Positions 26,700 through 40,627 of a DNA stretch of 64,000 bases are shown here, piece by piece. Numbering within the stretch: position 1 is the first letter of the stretch; each line of letters opens with the position of its first letter. The notes under the pieces were generated by a model. The model saw only the letters and a program-made list of their open reading frames with translations. It made no database searches and was not told the origin of the DNA. The translations under genes were made by a program, and so were the position numbers. The stretch comes from Squalus acanthias (taxonomy: Eukaryota), in assembly GCA_030390025.1 (NCBI GenBank), contig CM059433.1, positions 21,702,001 to 21,766,000 on the forward strand, written 5' to 3'.

Positions 26700-27655
26700 G
26701 GGGGGAATTTTAACCTAAAAAAACAGGAGGGTTTGGAGCGTGGGGGTAGTTAAATTGTTAAAAATGGGATTCCCCACCTGATCACGCATCTAACCCGTCC
26801 ATTTCCGGTTTCAATGGAGGCGGGACAGGGCAGGCGACCAACCCACTCCCAGGGGGCGGAACGTCAATTAAAATATTATAATGAGGCTGGAAGCCTCTTT
26901 TTTACATCCATTTTGTTTTTAACTGCATGTGGACGGGTTTCACACAATTTGTGAAACCTGGCAGTTAGCGCAAGATGGGGACTGCTGCATCCAGGAGGTA
27001 AGAGCCTTTATACCTACCTCCCAGATCCAGGGTTCCTGCCTAACCCACCCCCCGCGATCGGAGACCCCCCCCCCACGAGGCCTCCGATCCCCCAACCCAG
27101 GCCTCTCCCCCCACCCCACGATGATGCTGAGGCTGGTCACGATCCTCCGGTGGCCGGCCCCAATCTTCTCTTCACCCACCCCCGATCATCCGGCCCCGAT
27201 CCTCTGTCCCCCCCCCCCCACCCGATCATTCTCCCAGCCCGATCCCCGATCCTCTCTCCCCCCGACATCTCTGCCCGACCCCCCCTGCCCCCGATCCGTT
27301 TAATGACACGGCCCGATCCCCGACTGACCCCCCCCAGCCCCCCACTCGATCCTTTCCCCGGCCCAATCCCCAGCCCTCTCTCTCTCCCCGCTCCCCCCAC
27401 CAACGTCGATCTTTTTAACGGCCCAGCCCTCACGCGATCCCTCCCTCTCTTCTCTGTCCAGTCAAAGGCCTACTCGCCCGCAGCCAGCCAGCCTCCCAAT
27501 CTGGCTGGCTGTAGGCGGGAAACCGAGGCCTCACATGCAAATCAGGCCCTGCCATTAAAGTTGGCAGGGCCTGAGGGAAACCCGGCCTTATGGGTTTCCT
27601 GCCCGCATCAGAGCCCCCTTGCCCCCAACCCACCTTCCTCCATAAAATTCTGACC
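26700..27655. mobile_element. Harbinger-type MITE
   Basis: Termini ggggggaattttaacc and ataaaattctgacc; TSD tat/tat; C-rich cccgatc repeats internally. Confidence 0.8.
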
Positions 27656-27844
27656 TATATATTTCTTGTTTTTTTTTACTTTCTGAAGAATATACTCGCC
27701 AACTACAACGTCAAAGATTATTAAGCTTCTGTGGGGTAGAATCTGTGGTGGTCTGATGCATTTTGTATGCTACAGTGCCTGTGTGAGTTTTGTGCCTTGG
27801 CCTCATTAAGGCCCCAAATTTAATGCAAAAATATTAATTGAATA

Positions 27845-28262
27845 TCAGCTATCGGGAAAGATTGAGCAATCTAGGCCTTTTTACTCTGGAAAAGAGAAGA
27901 CTAAGAGCAGACCTGATTGTGGTCTACAAAATTATGAAAGGGTTTGATAGGGTGGATGTGGAGAAACTGTTCCCACTTGTGGTTGAGTCTAGAATATGAG
28001 GGCATAAATATTAAATAGCCACTAACAGTTCAAATAAAGAATTTAGGAGGAATTCTTTATACAGGGCATGGTGAGAATGTGGAACTTGTTGCTACATGGA
28101 GTGATCGAAGCGGATTGCAACGATGCATTTAAGGGGAGTCTTGATGCACACATGAAGGAGAGAAATGAACAGAGGAATATGGGGGCAAGGTGGGAAGAGG
28201 TCATTAGAGTGGGAGAAGGCTCGTGTAGAGTATAAGCACAGACCAATTGGGCCAAATGCCTT
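27845..28262 (+). mobile_element. CR1 3' fragment
   Basis: Translates as LGLFTLEKRRLRADLIVVYKIMKGFDRVDVEKLFPL, followed by 3' UTR. Confidence 0.8.
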
Positions 28263-28264
28263 GT

Positions 28265-28760
28265 GGAAACCAGGCGGATGGGCAGTTAGAAACGCGCATG
28301 ACATTTACCTACTCAGATCCTGACCCTTTTGCGCCAATTCAGATTTTAACCTGCAGGCAGATGAGGCACCCGCCTAAAACAGATGGGGGGGGTCTCATGA
28401 ATTTATGGGTACTGGGATCATAGTATGTCACCAGGCTGAAGAAGGTCTACAAACAGAAGAGGCTCTCCCAAGGTCATGTAAATCATTCCTTTGTGGGGCC
28501 AGGAGGAAGAAGAGTGCTCCTCTGGATCCTATAGGAAAGTTGTGGCCTCCTCTGCTCCAGGCGCACCTCTCTTCCCTCCTCGGAGACCCTCCAAAAATTC
28601 CCTTTCTCATGACTTAGTTGCTTGCTGGCAGCTGGCCAATGGCAAGTGGATGAGGCCCAGGAATTAAAATACCCCAAGCCTCGAATCGAGGCCAGTGATT
28701 GCGTTTCGCACGCTCCGTTCCCCGCCTACCCGAAATACGCTTGGGGTTAAAATCAATCCC
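28265..28760. mobile_element. MITE fragment (right end preserved)
   Basis: Ends ggggttaaaatcaatccc. Internal ggccaggaggaagaagagtgctcc-type segment is shared with the 32965 and 38458 elements. Confidence 0.5.
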
Positions 28761-29254
28761 AATGTAATTTCAGCGATGCATTTCCCAGAGTGCAGGGGAT
28801 CACCGATGACTGCTGTAGATCCATCATGGACTCTATCCTGAACATCGTAAGTGGCCGTGGTTCGTTAACATTACTTTAAGTTAGAAGCCCTTGGAAGATG
28901 TAAGTGTGGTAGTGTTTTCAGTTGTTAGTTGCAGTTTTGAATGTGTGTCCTGCTGAAGAATAAGTACGCATAAGATGCAATAGAAGAGCTGTAAGGTGTG
29001 TGAAGGCTTAGCATGGGTGAGTACTAACTATGCAACCAGGGGGACAGGCAACATTTTGTGGCTTGCAATTTTGGACCATCTGCCTGCTACATTGTACTGT
29101 TGAGCACTCTTACCTTGTCAGGTCCCTTAAAATATGCCACAATCTCTCACATCAGTTCCAGAGTCTTTCAGGTATTGTATGCATAGTTGAGTCTGGTCAC
29201 CAATGTTGCCAGGTATGGTGCCCTGCTGTCTTGTCAGGAATGCGGCAAACAATT

Positions 29255-29576
29255 TGCACACAGCTATGTCTCGCAAACAGCAATGTGATAATGACCAGAT
29301 CATCTGTTCTCAGTATTGGTTGAGGGATAAATGTTGGGCAGGAAACTGGGAGATCTTCCTTGCTCTTCTTTGAAATAGTGCCACGGGATCTTTTACATCC
29401 ACCCGAGAGGGCAGATGGGGCCTCGATTTAACATCTCATATGAAAGACAGCACCTCCAACAGTGCAGCACTCCCTCAGCACTGCACTGAAGTGCCAGCCT
29501 AGATTATGTGCTCAAGTCTCTGGAGTGAGGCTTGAAAACGCTATCTTCTGACTCAGAGGCGAGAGTGCTACCACTG
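29255..29576 (-). mobile_element. Deu-domain SINE
   Basis: Clear homology to 59540-59991, including the Deu core and tRNA head. Confidence 0.8.
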
Positions 29577-29645
29577 TTTAATAATATGATGTAATGGAAC
29601 ATGTTTCTTTTCAGTTACACCTTGCGTCTGCTGCTCAGTATTTAA

Positions 29646-29885
<240 letters not shown>

Positions 29886-30891
29886 TGAGTGATCACATTC
29901 TCAAATGATACTCAGTCCTCGCCTGCCCTCCCAAAAAATTAAAACCAATTAACATTCGAAGAGAAATTAAGAAAGAAAGAACTCACATTTATATGGTGCT
30001 TTATTGTGTCTCTCTTGAACAAAAAAAAGAGAAAATCTAATTGAATCAATTCACATGCCCAGCTTGAGAAATACAGGTATATACAGGAAGTTAAATGGAG
30101 CAGATATCTCATGAGTGAAAAACTCAATAACCCTTTAGTAATTGCATTAGATGTAACTTGCAACTGCTTTGCCACCAGAAAAACACCCTGCTGGATTTGA
30201 TTTTACAATGTTTCAGGTTCGTGTTGCCTGGCTTCAGTCTGTGTAAAGACTGCGAGATCCTGCAACGATTGCACTGTTGACCCTGCAACAAATACAATCT
30301 GCATATTACTGTTGTTGAGCCAATAGAGTGACTTCAAACCGAAGTGAGTGAGAATAGGGCCTGTGATGACTGAAGGGGAAGCGTGAGATCATGGGATTGA
30401 GAAGTTTGATCATCATCAGTAGAGCAGGCAGTCAGGTAGAAGAGAAAAATAATAGTGACCTTTGAACTCACTTTCCAATTAAAATTATGTTAAAAAGAAA
30501 AATACAGTTGCATTGAAGTGCACTTATTTTTTTTCCCCTGTAGTTGTCCCAGACTTACTAGGTTTACTATTTGTATGCTGATTAAAGTAGTGATTGCTCT
30601 TCATCTCCAAAGACCGAATTCTGTTCCTGTCCAAAGAAAGGTAATGATCCTCTACTCTCGCTGACTTCAGACAGCTCTGCACAAATGCACTGGAGATGCA
30701 GAGAGTGTTGGCCATCTTCAATGTGAAATTCAATCTTCCATATCAAATTCCGCAACACTTGTGAAGGGCAGACTGATTACTCAGAAACTGTTCCTCACTA
30801 ATGTAATCATTTCCAAGTACATGACCTACAACAAAGAAAGGTACTGTTGTCTGGAGTCAATTACATGGCCACTGATCTTAATCCCTTCAAT

Positions 30892-32939
30892 CAGGGGCGG
30901 CCAATTATTTGGGCTGGAGGGCCACTTAACAAGTTTTGGTGAGCTGTTGAGGGCCGCACACATAAAATAAATTGTGCCAACAACAGCTACCATTAAAATT
31001 TGTTATGGCATTTATTGGGTAAAGAACCGTTCATGTCGTTTCCCCTCTTAATAAAAATAACAACACTTATTAACATGCTAATGAACATGATACCGGTTTA
31101 TCCAAAACTTATCTTAGCCATTGATATTATTATGCCATAATTAAAACTGTAAAATTAGTTAGTTGACAATTGTTATTGACTTTTAATGCCCTCACGGCAA
31201 CTAGGATGGGCAATAAATGTTTTCTTACCAGTGTTGCCCACATTCAAAATCCAAAAGTCAGGACGTAACATTCTGGAACCTGTATGCATCCAGAGGGCAT
31301 AAAAGTGACATTTGGAATTGTCACAGACTTCAGACACTAGGGCTGGATTTTCATTGACCCGTGGAGGCGGGTTTGGAGGCGTGTGGGGGGTTAAAATTGC
31401 GAAAACTGGCGGGCGGGCACAAGTCCGCCTCCATCCCGCCTCCACGCAATTTTCATTAAATCGTGTCTGCTGGTCCCGACTCCGTCCCGCCTCTAAGAGG
31501 TGGGATAGGCTGTTAAGGCCCTTAACAAGCACTAAATCGCCTCTATAATGCCATTTTGAAAGGCCTTTGTGATTTTAACCCTTTTTCTATGTGAAGCACG
31601 CCTGTTCTGAACCATGAATGTAAAACCTGGCGGGAGCACATTTGGATATGGATAGTTGACGCTGGCTGGATGGCCGGCTGGCTATGGGGATGCATTTGTG
31701 GATGGATGGAGAGGAGACATATCTGGGAGTGGTGGTGTAAAAATATCTGGGAGTAAAAATATCTGGGAGCAGACTTCGGACTGCTGCTGCTCATTTTGCA
31801 TCCAGGTCCTCTCACAGCAAAGGCCAGGCAGTCTCTGAAGACCTTCAATGCAGCAGCAATGATGACATCATCAGAGGCGACTTTCAGACTGAAAACATTA
31901 ATTGGTTCATGGGTTCCCACATGCTGGAACTCAATTGCCCAATTAGGTGAAATTGCATCAATCTCCCACATCCAATTGCAGTCGGGTGGATAACACGAAA
32001 AGTGGATGACACGACCCCAACATGCCCCAGTATCAAAATCCAGCCCTAGGCATAAGTATTTGGTGAAACAATCGTATAATTACATGTCAGTGAAAATGAT
32101 CAGGTCGGAAATGCAGATTCCTACCCAATTTATTTATTAGACTATGGCAATTTATGGACAAGGGTTTTGATTGACTAGGAGCCCAAAAGATAAATGCAGT
32201 GTTCCTGATCATATCACTGGTTTGCCTTGGGGATGACTCTGCAATTCAGCTCTCCCCGCTTGATTGTGGAATAAACCCTTCGAACTGCTGCTGCGATGTA
32301 AGGGTCTCAACAATGAGGGAAATTGAGAAGGGGAGAGAGAAAAGATCTTACTTAACTTGTGCCAAAATTAAACTATATTTGAATCAGAATAAATAGACTC
32401 TGCAACAATTAATCCATAATGGATGCATGATGCAGACGAATGATTTACTAAGAAAACCACAAATTGTATCAAGCCCAGCATCATAGGTACAAATGACACA
32501 CTGACTTGACTTTCAAGTCAGTGTATCCTGATAAAGCCCATCTTTTATTGTGTTTCAATATAGATGCAAGTGAGAATAGCATCCTCTCAACACACACCAT
32601 TGAGTTTTACATAATAACTCAGTACATGAATTAACCACTCAGCTAAATAATACTGCAGTCTAACTTTCTGCTTATGTCAAGGACGGTGTGCAAACCCATA
32701 CAGGTAATAATGCCCAGCCAAATGTGCAAAATGTTGCCATGTTTGTCCATGATTCAAGAGCTAGAACAGCAACACAAGACAATCTACTTACCTCATGAAT
32801 CCAGAAATGCCTAAATCTCGGAATTTCTTTTTAAAAATTCGCGCGATTTCGGACTCCAGTTTGAGAACCACTGTGCGGGCTGGATAGAATCCACTGGAGG
32901 GCCGGATACGGCCTACAGGCAATATTTTGCCCACCTCTG
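30892..32939. mobile_element. Possible non-autonomous hAT (Charlie-like) element hosting a MITE
   Basis: Termini caggggcggccaa and (rc) cagaggtgggcaaa with hAT-typical gagggcc/gggccg subterminal motifs. The 8-bp TSD is not convincing. Confidence 0.5.
31341..32046. mobile_element. Harbinger-type MITE
   Basis: TIR gggctggatttt / aaaatccagccc; TSD tag/tag. Left subterminal ggaggcgggtttggaggcg resembles the left end of the 46764 Harbinger. Confidence 0.8.
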
Positions 32940-32964
32940 CTTAGATGTATGTGTCGTTCATTAT

Positions 32965-33397
32965 GGGGCTGATTTTCACTCTCAGTGGTAAACTGGCAGA
33001 TTGCGGGGGGGGGGGAAGTGAGGGAGCCCAGCAAGGGAGGCCCAAGGCTTTCTTGTGAGGACCCGGAGGGGCACTCCTGCCACTCCTGGCCCTCTAGGAA
33101 ACTTACCTTCTGGCCTAGGATCCAGGAGCTGACACTGGCACCCCCCCCCACCCCTGCTCAGGCCTTAGCTTGAAATTGCAGGTCGGGTCCTGATGACACC
33201 ATCAGACCCAATCTGCATATTTAAAACAGGGCCCCGCCTCCTTCCTGCGGTGTCCGACTCGCCTGCTCAAAAGAGCAGGTTAATATGGGGACACGGCGGG
33301 AAGGGAGTGGGATCAGTGGGAGTAAGTGACTCCCATTATTTTAATTGCCCCCCACCTGCCTGGTTTCCGCAAGGCCGGCACAGTTAAAATCAGGCCC
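32965..33397. mobile_element. Harbinger-type MITE
   Basis: Termini ggggctgatttt and aaaatcaggccc. Same family as 38458-39071 (actctcagtgg, atctgcatatttaaa). Confidence 0.75.
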
Positions 33398-33439
33398 ATT
33401 GCAACATAGAAATAAATTGGATTTAAAAGTTAAAAAAAG

Positions 33440-33600
33440 CTGCCGATGCTGTAACTCTGAAACAAAAACATTAAATTCTGGAAACACACAACAGGTCAGT
33501 AAGCATCTATGGAGAGAACAGATGGATTAACGTTTCAGGTATGAACCCTACCTCAGAGTTGAGTGTTTCCAACATTTTCTGTTTTTGTTTTGGAAAAACC
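33440..33600 (-). mobile_element. Penelope-type terminal repeat with a degenerate hammerhead motif
   Basis: Minus strand ctgaggt-a-gggt-tcat-acct-gaaacgttaa; homologous to 50610-50752. Confidence 0.6.
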
Positions 33601-34309
33601 TGGATTTTTATTGTCTCTTGTTACATGTCTCAGAAATGTCTTCAAGTGTGCTTCATGTAAAACAAGTTACTTTTGGAATGTGATGATTGTTGTTACATAG
33701 GCAAATACACCAGCCATCTTGCACACAGCAAGATCCCACAAATGACAATAAAATGAGCAAGAAGTTCATCTGTTTTGTGGTTTTGGATTGTTGGGCAAAA
33801 CACTGGAAGAGTGCCGAAGGATCTTTAATGTGCATCTGAATTACCGGAACAGACAGATAAGGCATCAGTTTAATGTGTCATCTGGGAATCTGATTTTTTT
33901 GGAGACAAAGTATGGATAAATGAAGATTATACAGTTTCACAGAAGGCTACAGAGCTCAGCAAGTATAAGAATGTATTACAGTGGGAGGAGGGAATGGAAA
34001 AGAGAGGGGTTCTTAACTTTAGACAGCATTTGCTATATGATACGTGGCCTGAGAAAATTTAATAGAAAGAAACAAAAGAAAGACCACCAGACGTCCCAAA
34101 GCGCTTTACAGAAGTACTTTTTGAAGTGTAGGCACTGTTGTAATGTAGGAAATACAGTTAAGCTTGCATAATGTTAAGTCATCTAGTTTTACAGTTAATG
34201 TTATACTGGCAGCTGGTCCCAGCTGTCCTTGGTATGTTTTTTACACATTTGGGTTTGCACACTGTTCTAGCTGAATAATGGATTTAACAGTATGCATTTG
34301 TCTAATGTT

Positions 34310-36070
34310 ATGCATAGGAACAGGAGTAGGCCATTCAGCTCCGCTAGCCAGCTCTGCGATTCAATTAGATATTGGCTGATCTGTACTTCAACTCCGTTTA
34401 CTCCTTAGCTCCTTGATACCTTTACCGAACAACAATCTATCCTTTTCAGTCTTGAAAGATCCAATTGTCCCAGCATCCATACCCTTTTGGGGGAGAGACT
34501 TCCAGATTTCTACTACCCTTTGTGTGAAAAATTGCTTCCTGATTTCTCTTCTAAATGGCCGAGCTCTAATTTTAAGATTATGCCCCTTCGTTCTTGATTT
34601 CCCCCGTCAGTAGAAATAGTTTCTCTGTATCTACCCTATCGATTCCTTTTAACATTTTAAACATCTCGATCAGATCACTCCTCTATCTTCTATACTCAAG
34701 AGAATACAAGCCAAGTTTATGCAATCGCTCCTCATAAATTAACTGTCTAAGCAACTGTATCATTCTGGTGAATCTGCGCTGTACCCCCATATATCCTTCC
34801 TGAGGTATGCTGCCCAGAACTGAATGCAGTACTCAAGATGTGGTCTAACCAGAGCTTTATACAACTGCAGCATAACTTCCACCCCTTTATATTCCAGTCC
34901 CCTTGAAATAAAGGCCAACATTCCATTAGTCGTTTGATTGACTACTAGCTTTTAATGATTTGTGTACTTGACTCCTAAATCCCTTTGTTCCTCTACAGTT
35001 CCTATTATTTCACCATTTAGAAAATACTCCGATTTATCATTCTTGGGTCCAAAGCAGATGACCTCACAATTTCCCACATTGAACTCCATGTGGTATAAGA
35101 ACATAAGAAATAGGAGTAGGAGTATGCCATTTGGCCCTTCGAGCTTGCTCTGACATTCAATAAGATCATGGCTGATCTCTACCTCAGCTCCACTTTCCTG
35201 CACTATTCCCACATCCCTTGATTCCTTTAATATTCAAAAATCTATCGATCTCTGCCTTGAATATACTCAATGACTGAGCCTCCACAGCCCTCTGAGGTAG
35301 GGAATTCCAAAGATTCACCACCCTCTGAGTGAAGAAATTTCTCCTCAGTTCTAAATGGCCGACCCCTTATTCTGAGACTGTGACCCCCTGGTTCTAGACC
35401 CCCCAGCCAGGGGAAACATCCTCCCTGCATCTACCCTGTCAAGCCCTGTAAGAATTTTGTATGTTTCAATGAGATCACCTCTCATTCTTCTGAACTCTAG
35501 AGAATATAGGCCTAGTCTACTCAATGTCTCCTCATAGGACAATCCCTCCATCCCAGGAACCAGTCTGGTGAACCTTTGTTGCACTTCCTTTATGGCAAGG
35601 AGACCAAAACTGTACACAATACTCCAGGTGTGGTCTCACCAGGGCCTTATATAATTGCAGTAAGACGTTTTTACTCTTATACTCAAATCCCCTTGTAATA
35701 AAGGCCAACATACCATTTGCTTTCCTAATTGCTTGCTGCACCTGCATGTTAACTTTCAGTGATTCGTGTACAAGGACACCCAGGTCCCTCTGAACACCAA
35801 CATTTCCCAATCTCTCACCATTTAAAAAATACTCTGCTTTTCTATTTTTCCTATCAAAGTGGATAACTTCACATTTCTCCACATTATATTCCATTTGCCA
35901 TGTTCTTGCCCACTCACTTAGCCTGTCTATATCCCCTTGAAGCCTCCTTGCATCCTCCTCACAACTTACATTCACACCCAGCTTTGTATCATCAGCAAAC
36001 TTGGATATATTACATTTGGTATAGTTTTGCCCACTCACTAAATTTGTCTATGTCCTTTTGTAACTTGCTG
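34310..36070 (-). mobile_element. Two nested CR1 LINE fragments
   Basis: The inner CR1 at 35098-36012 (KFADDTK, VRPHLEYCVQFWSP) sits inside an older CR1. It is flanked by catgtggtata (35087-35097) and catttggtata (36013-36023). Confidence 0.88.
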
Positions 36071-36387
36071 CAAATGCAAATTTGTGGTCCCAATTAACAA
36101 ACGTTTGAAAATTGTTATATCGTACTTCAACCAACTACAACAATAACACTCATGATGGAGATTGGAAGAAACATGTCCTGGTCATAAACAGAGGACCTTA
36201 CCCCTTACTCTAGGTGCCTTGGATCAAACAGTTGTTGCACTCGGAACCCAAATGCTTTAAAAAACTGTTAAAACATCTCAATAACCAACTGTCAACCCAC
36301 AGGCTCAGATCTTCACTGTACTGGTACTAAATAAACAGAGATTTTTGATTAAGTCTCAGGAAACAATGAAAACAAAAGATACATAAT

Positions 36388-37099
36388 GGCCCGGAATTTG
36401 CGGTCAACAGCGAAGTGATGGTGCTCGCTGCTGACCTCGAAGAAAGCTGGTGATCTCAGTGGCGTGAATTTAAGCCCTCTCGACATTAATTTCCTGCTGG
36501 CGTCAAGTCTAGGCGATCTCCAGCGTCCAGCAACAGTGATGTCATTAAGCTGCCAATCACATTGCAGAATTCTCACAGACAGCAAACCAGGAAGTAAAAT
36601 GCACTGATTTTCCTTCACTTTTTAATAATTTTAGAGATCGAAATAAATATTAGGTCATACACATGGGATTAAGGTAGCAGCTGAAATATAAACAAACTTT
36701 AATTTTTTTTTTTAATTATAAAAAATTATGTGATTAAAAATGTGAAATTCCACAAATATAAACTTTGTTTTTCAGGGCCAGAACAGTTGTTCAGCAGTAA
36801 TTATGAAACAGTAAAAACCCAGTTACACCTCATTCACAAGGCTTAACTTTTTCGGGTTTTTTTTAAGAGCGATATTGCAGGGTATAAGCTTAAATTCTCA
36901 TCTGTTCAGTAATTTCTCAAAGATTGCTGCCTCCGGGGAGTTCAACAGCATGAAGAAGTGCAGACTCACTGACAGCAACTTCTGGATTTCCGCGTTTGTG
37001 CGTGCATGTGCTATCTCCAGAACTTGCTGTCAGTTTCAGAGGGGTAATGATGGTGAACGCTGACAGTTTTGCCGTCATTACCACCGCAAAATCCGAGCC
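36388..37099. mobile_element. Harbinger-type MITE
   Basis: Termini ggcccggaatttgcgg and ccgcaaaatccgagcc; TSD aat/aat. Confidence 0.8.
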
Positions 37100-38457
37100 A
37101 ATATTTTCTATTATTTAACAACAAAATCAGTTGAGTTTACAATCTATAAAACACATTTGCACGAAAACCTTTTATTAGTTATAATGGCATGCTTGTTACA
37201 TTATGTCACATTTATCCTCAATGAAAATCTATTGAGTCACAGAGATTACTCTGTTTAACTATGGCAGGTTAAGCTACTAAAGCTTAAACGCTGATAAACA
37301 TTTCCATTGCTCAATCCTTTTGTCATTAGTATTCATCAATTATTTACAGTTCTTATTACTCTGCATATATACTCCCCAGGTTTATTTATTGTATATGTTA
37401 AATAAGTTATAAATTAGGTATAATCCTTCTTGAGCTTAATTCTAATTGCATAATCGTAACATTTTGAGTGTTTTTTGGGATCTCCTGGAACTATTTAAAA
37501 AAAATCAGTTTATCACTTCCATTTCGTTCACGTTACATCTTGCATGCATCTCTAACTCCTAATCTAGTTCCCATCAGACCCATTCTTTATCAATTGTCTT
37601 TGTCATCACCCCATGATAGTTTCCACATGCTTGGGCCAATTCTCCTCTGCTTTGTGCATGGGAACTTAGTAAAAAGGGTAGAGACCTATTATTCCGGGTC
37701 CCCACACCCTTTCTGTTGCATTGGTATTTCCAGGATTTCTACTGGATGAGGAGGTGGAGGGGGTGGATGGAGTGCTTGTGCCTGAAGCAAGTGCAAGCAT
37801 TCAAATTAAAGCTGGGAATGACGTAACAACGCCTCTTACTTCATTTCCGCTCTCCCCCCCCCCGCCATGCTAGGTGGGGTGGGCACCCATTGGGAAGGGC
37901 ACCCAGAAGGAGGATGGAGCCTTTCTAGCTTCTGTTTATGGACAGCAGTCAGAATGTCCTGCAGCCTGCAGCCATTACCAATGCTGCAAGCTTCACGGGC
38001 CTGCAGCAGCAGTTGGATTTCCATCCTCATTTACAGGTGCATGGCTTTGCCAAGGGGCGAGTCTGTGCCTGTGGTACATTGCCCTAGGGAGATTACCTGA
38101 AACTGCAAACATGGATCAGGTCAGGTCAGGTCAGGAACGCACTTTTGGTTCACTCTGCCTGATGTGCGAGGGGGGTGCAAGAGAGGAAAATTGGCCCCGA
38201 TGTGTACTCAGTTTTCTTTTAAATCTACTTCCAATATTAAGTATTCCATTAATAGTTGTATGTTCTCTAATATTTGGCAGAGGCAGACTTTCCCTGTGTT
38301 GAAAGATTAACCATTTAACCTTTTAGATTGTTAGAGCCAACACCTCTTTAAAACTATCCTCCTGGGATAATAATAACTAGCAGCGTTATTTCTGAGTTCC
38401 TTGATATCTATTTCCCAAATATATTTTTTGCAGCTTAGATTTCCTCATAGAAGTCCA

Positions 38458-39071
38458 AGCCTAGATTTTAACTCTCAGTGGGAGCCACATTGGGCGGCAA
38501 ACCATCTGGCCCCCTGTAGTATGAGGTCCGGGTGATTTTGACTCTGGGGCCTCATCTGCATGCTGTCAATCAGTCTCTTCCCCCCCCACCAAATATGGCG
38601 CTAAGCCCTGGCAGGCAGGAGGCCGCTGCCGGGGGCCCAGAGGAACAATCCCCGGCAGTCCAGTAAGTGGTTGGGAGGGAGGGTGAGAGAGCATCGCAGT
38701 CGGTGGAGGTGGAGGTGGAGGGGGAGGCAAGCCGGGCCAGGGAATACCCAAGCACTCCTGCTCCTCCTGGTCACAAGGAAACACGTAAAAAAGTGCTTAT
38801 TTTCTGGGCCTCTTGTGGCCCTGGGTCCACTTGTTGCCACATTCGATGGCTTTCCTGCTCAGGCCTGGTTTAAAATTGTTGCCGGGGGCCCAATGACCCA
38901 ATTGAGGCTTGATCTGCATATTTAAAGCAGTACCCCGTTGCCTGTGTTAAAACAGCAGATTAAAATTACGTACCGTGGGAAGGCGGCGAGATTGGAGGGG
39001 GTAAGTCACTGCCGCGATTTTAACTGCCTGCCCACCCAGTTTCCGCTAGGGGGCAGAGTTAAATTTGGCCT
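38458..39071. mobile_element. Harbinger-type MITE
   Basis: Termini agcctagattttaactc and gagttaaatttggcct; related to 32965-33397. Confidence 0.7.
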
Positions 39072-39359
39072 CTAGTAGCACTGTATCTCCAGCAGCTATA
39101 TGCAGCCTGATTGAAACCCTGTAATATTTGAATGGTATCAGCTAAGGTCTGTGAAGGATCCTGAACTCTATTGCCTTATGGTTGGTAACTATGGACGTCT
39201 CGTATTTGCCCCATGCCATCACCAGTAGATCTACGTTTCTGGTCTTGTATTCATCATTATGTGATAGTTTCGCATTTATCCATGATACTTTTCTTTTTGA
39301 TTATTTCAGTGCCAATAATAATTTGAACATTTTTACAATAAGCTGGTGGCATAATCTTG

Positions 39360-39660
39360 AGAACACAAGAACCTAAGAAATAGGAGCAGGAATAGGCCAC
39401 TTGCCCCCTCGAGCCTGCTCCACCATTCATTAAGATCATGACTGATCTTGGGCTCAAAGCCACTTCCCAGCCCGCTCCCCATAACCCTTCACTCCCTTAT
39501 CTTGCAAAAATTTGTCTATCTCGACTTTAAATGTATTTAATGACCCAGCCTCCACAGCTCTCTGGGGCAGAGAATTCCACAAATTTACGACCCTCTGAGA
39601 GAAGAAGTTCCTCCTCATCTCAGTTCTAAAAGGGCGACCCTTTATTCTGAGACTGTGCCC
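39360..39660 (-). mobile_element. CR1 3' fragment, young subfamily
   Basis: GHSLRIKGRPFRTEMRRNFFSQRVVNLWNSLP; nearly identical to 49825-50232. Confidence 0.88.
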
Positions 39661-40627
39661 AATGGAACTGTAAATCGGCGACACTTCCAGTGTACTTCCA
39701 CCATAACTCTGGCAGAAGACACGCCGAAAAAGCTGCAAGTTATGCCTGGACGTACAAAGCTGGGACTCCCGCCCCCCCATGTGGATTTATGGCCCAAATC
39801 TCAATAGCTTTGGGTGCTTATTATTAATAAAAGCATAATGTTCTTCAAAACCTCAGTCCTAAATAAGAATTCACCAATTTGTAAATCCCAGAGGGACCCT
39901 GGTTCCAAATGATTTGAAGTTGGTCCTGTGAAAGGCCTATGTTTTAGCTCACTTCCAGACATCATAATGTTCCAACATGGTTACAACCACAACTGGCCTT
40001 GGTTCCCACAGCTAGCTCCACTCTGTGCCTCATCTTTACTATTGGCGAATATCCAGCTTTCACCCACAGCTTCCCTATTCAGCTATAGCAGTCATCTTTC
40101 TCACCCCAGGCTGTCTGGATTATGGCTTGCTCACAGACTTTAATTATAGGCAAAAGAGTTACATGTCTAATATATTTCAGGTTATTATTGCATACGGTCG
40201 ATGATTAAAGACTTTTATATTTAATTCTTACACACAATTATAAATCCATTACTGATGATTATATCACTAAAGATAGAAAACAAGTATTCTAAAAACCAAC
40301 TAATCCATGATAATCTTACAAAGGTGACCCAATGGCAATAGTGTCAGCATATTGGAATCCCAACAGGGAGAATGAAGCTTGAATTAATTCACCACTAACA
40401 TTTCCACTTGGCTTAACCTGAGCGGGTGAGTTTCAGAAGCCACGGCCAAGTCATCCACAGGTGAAAGGATAAAAAGTCCAGGGGCAATCCCTTCTTTACT
40501 ACTCGAAAAGTCCTCTTGGGAGGTCCACTGATGAGCACTGTTGATGGTCTCCGTGGAGTTATCAACTGGATAACCCACAGAATGATCGTGCAGATGCAGG
40601 ATGCTAACTTGAAGTAAGAGAGACAAT

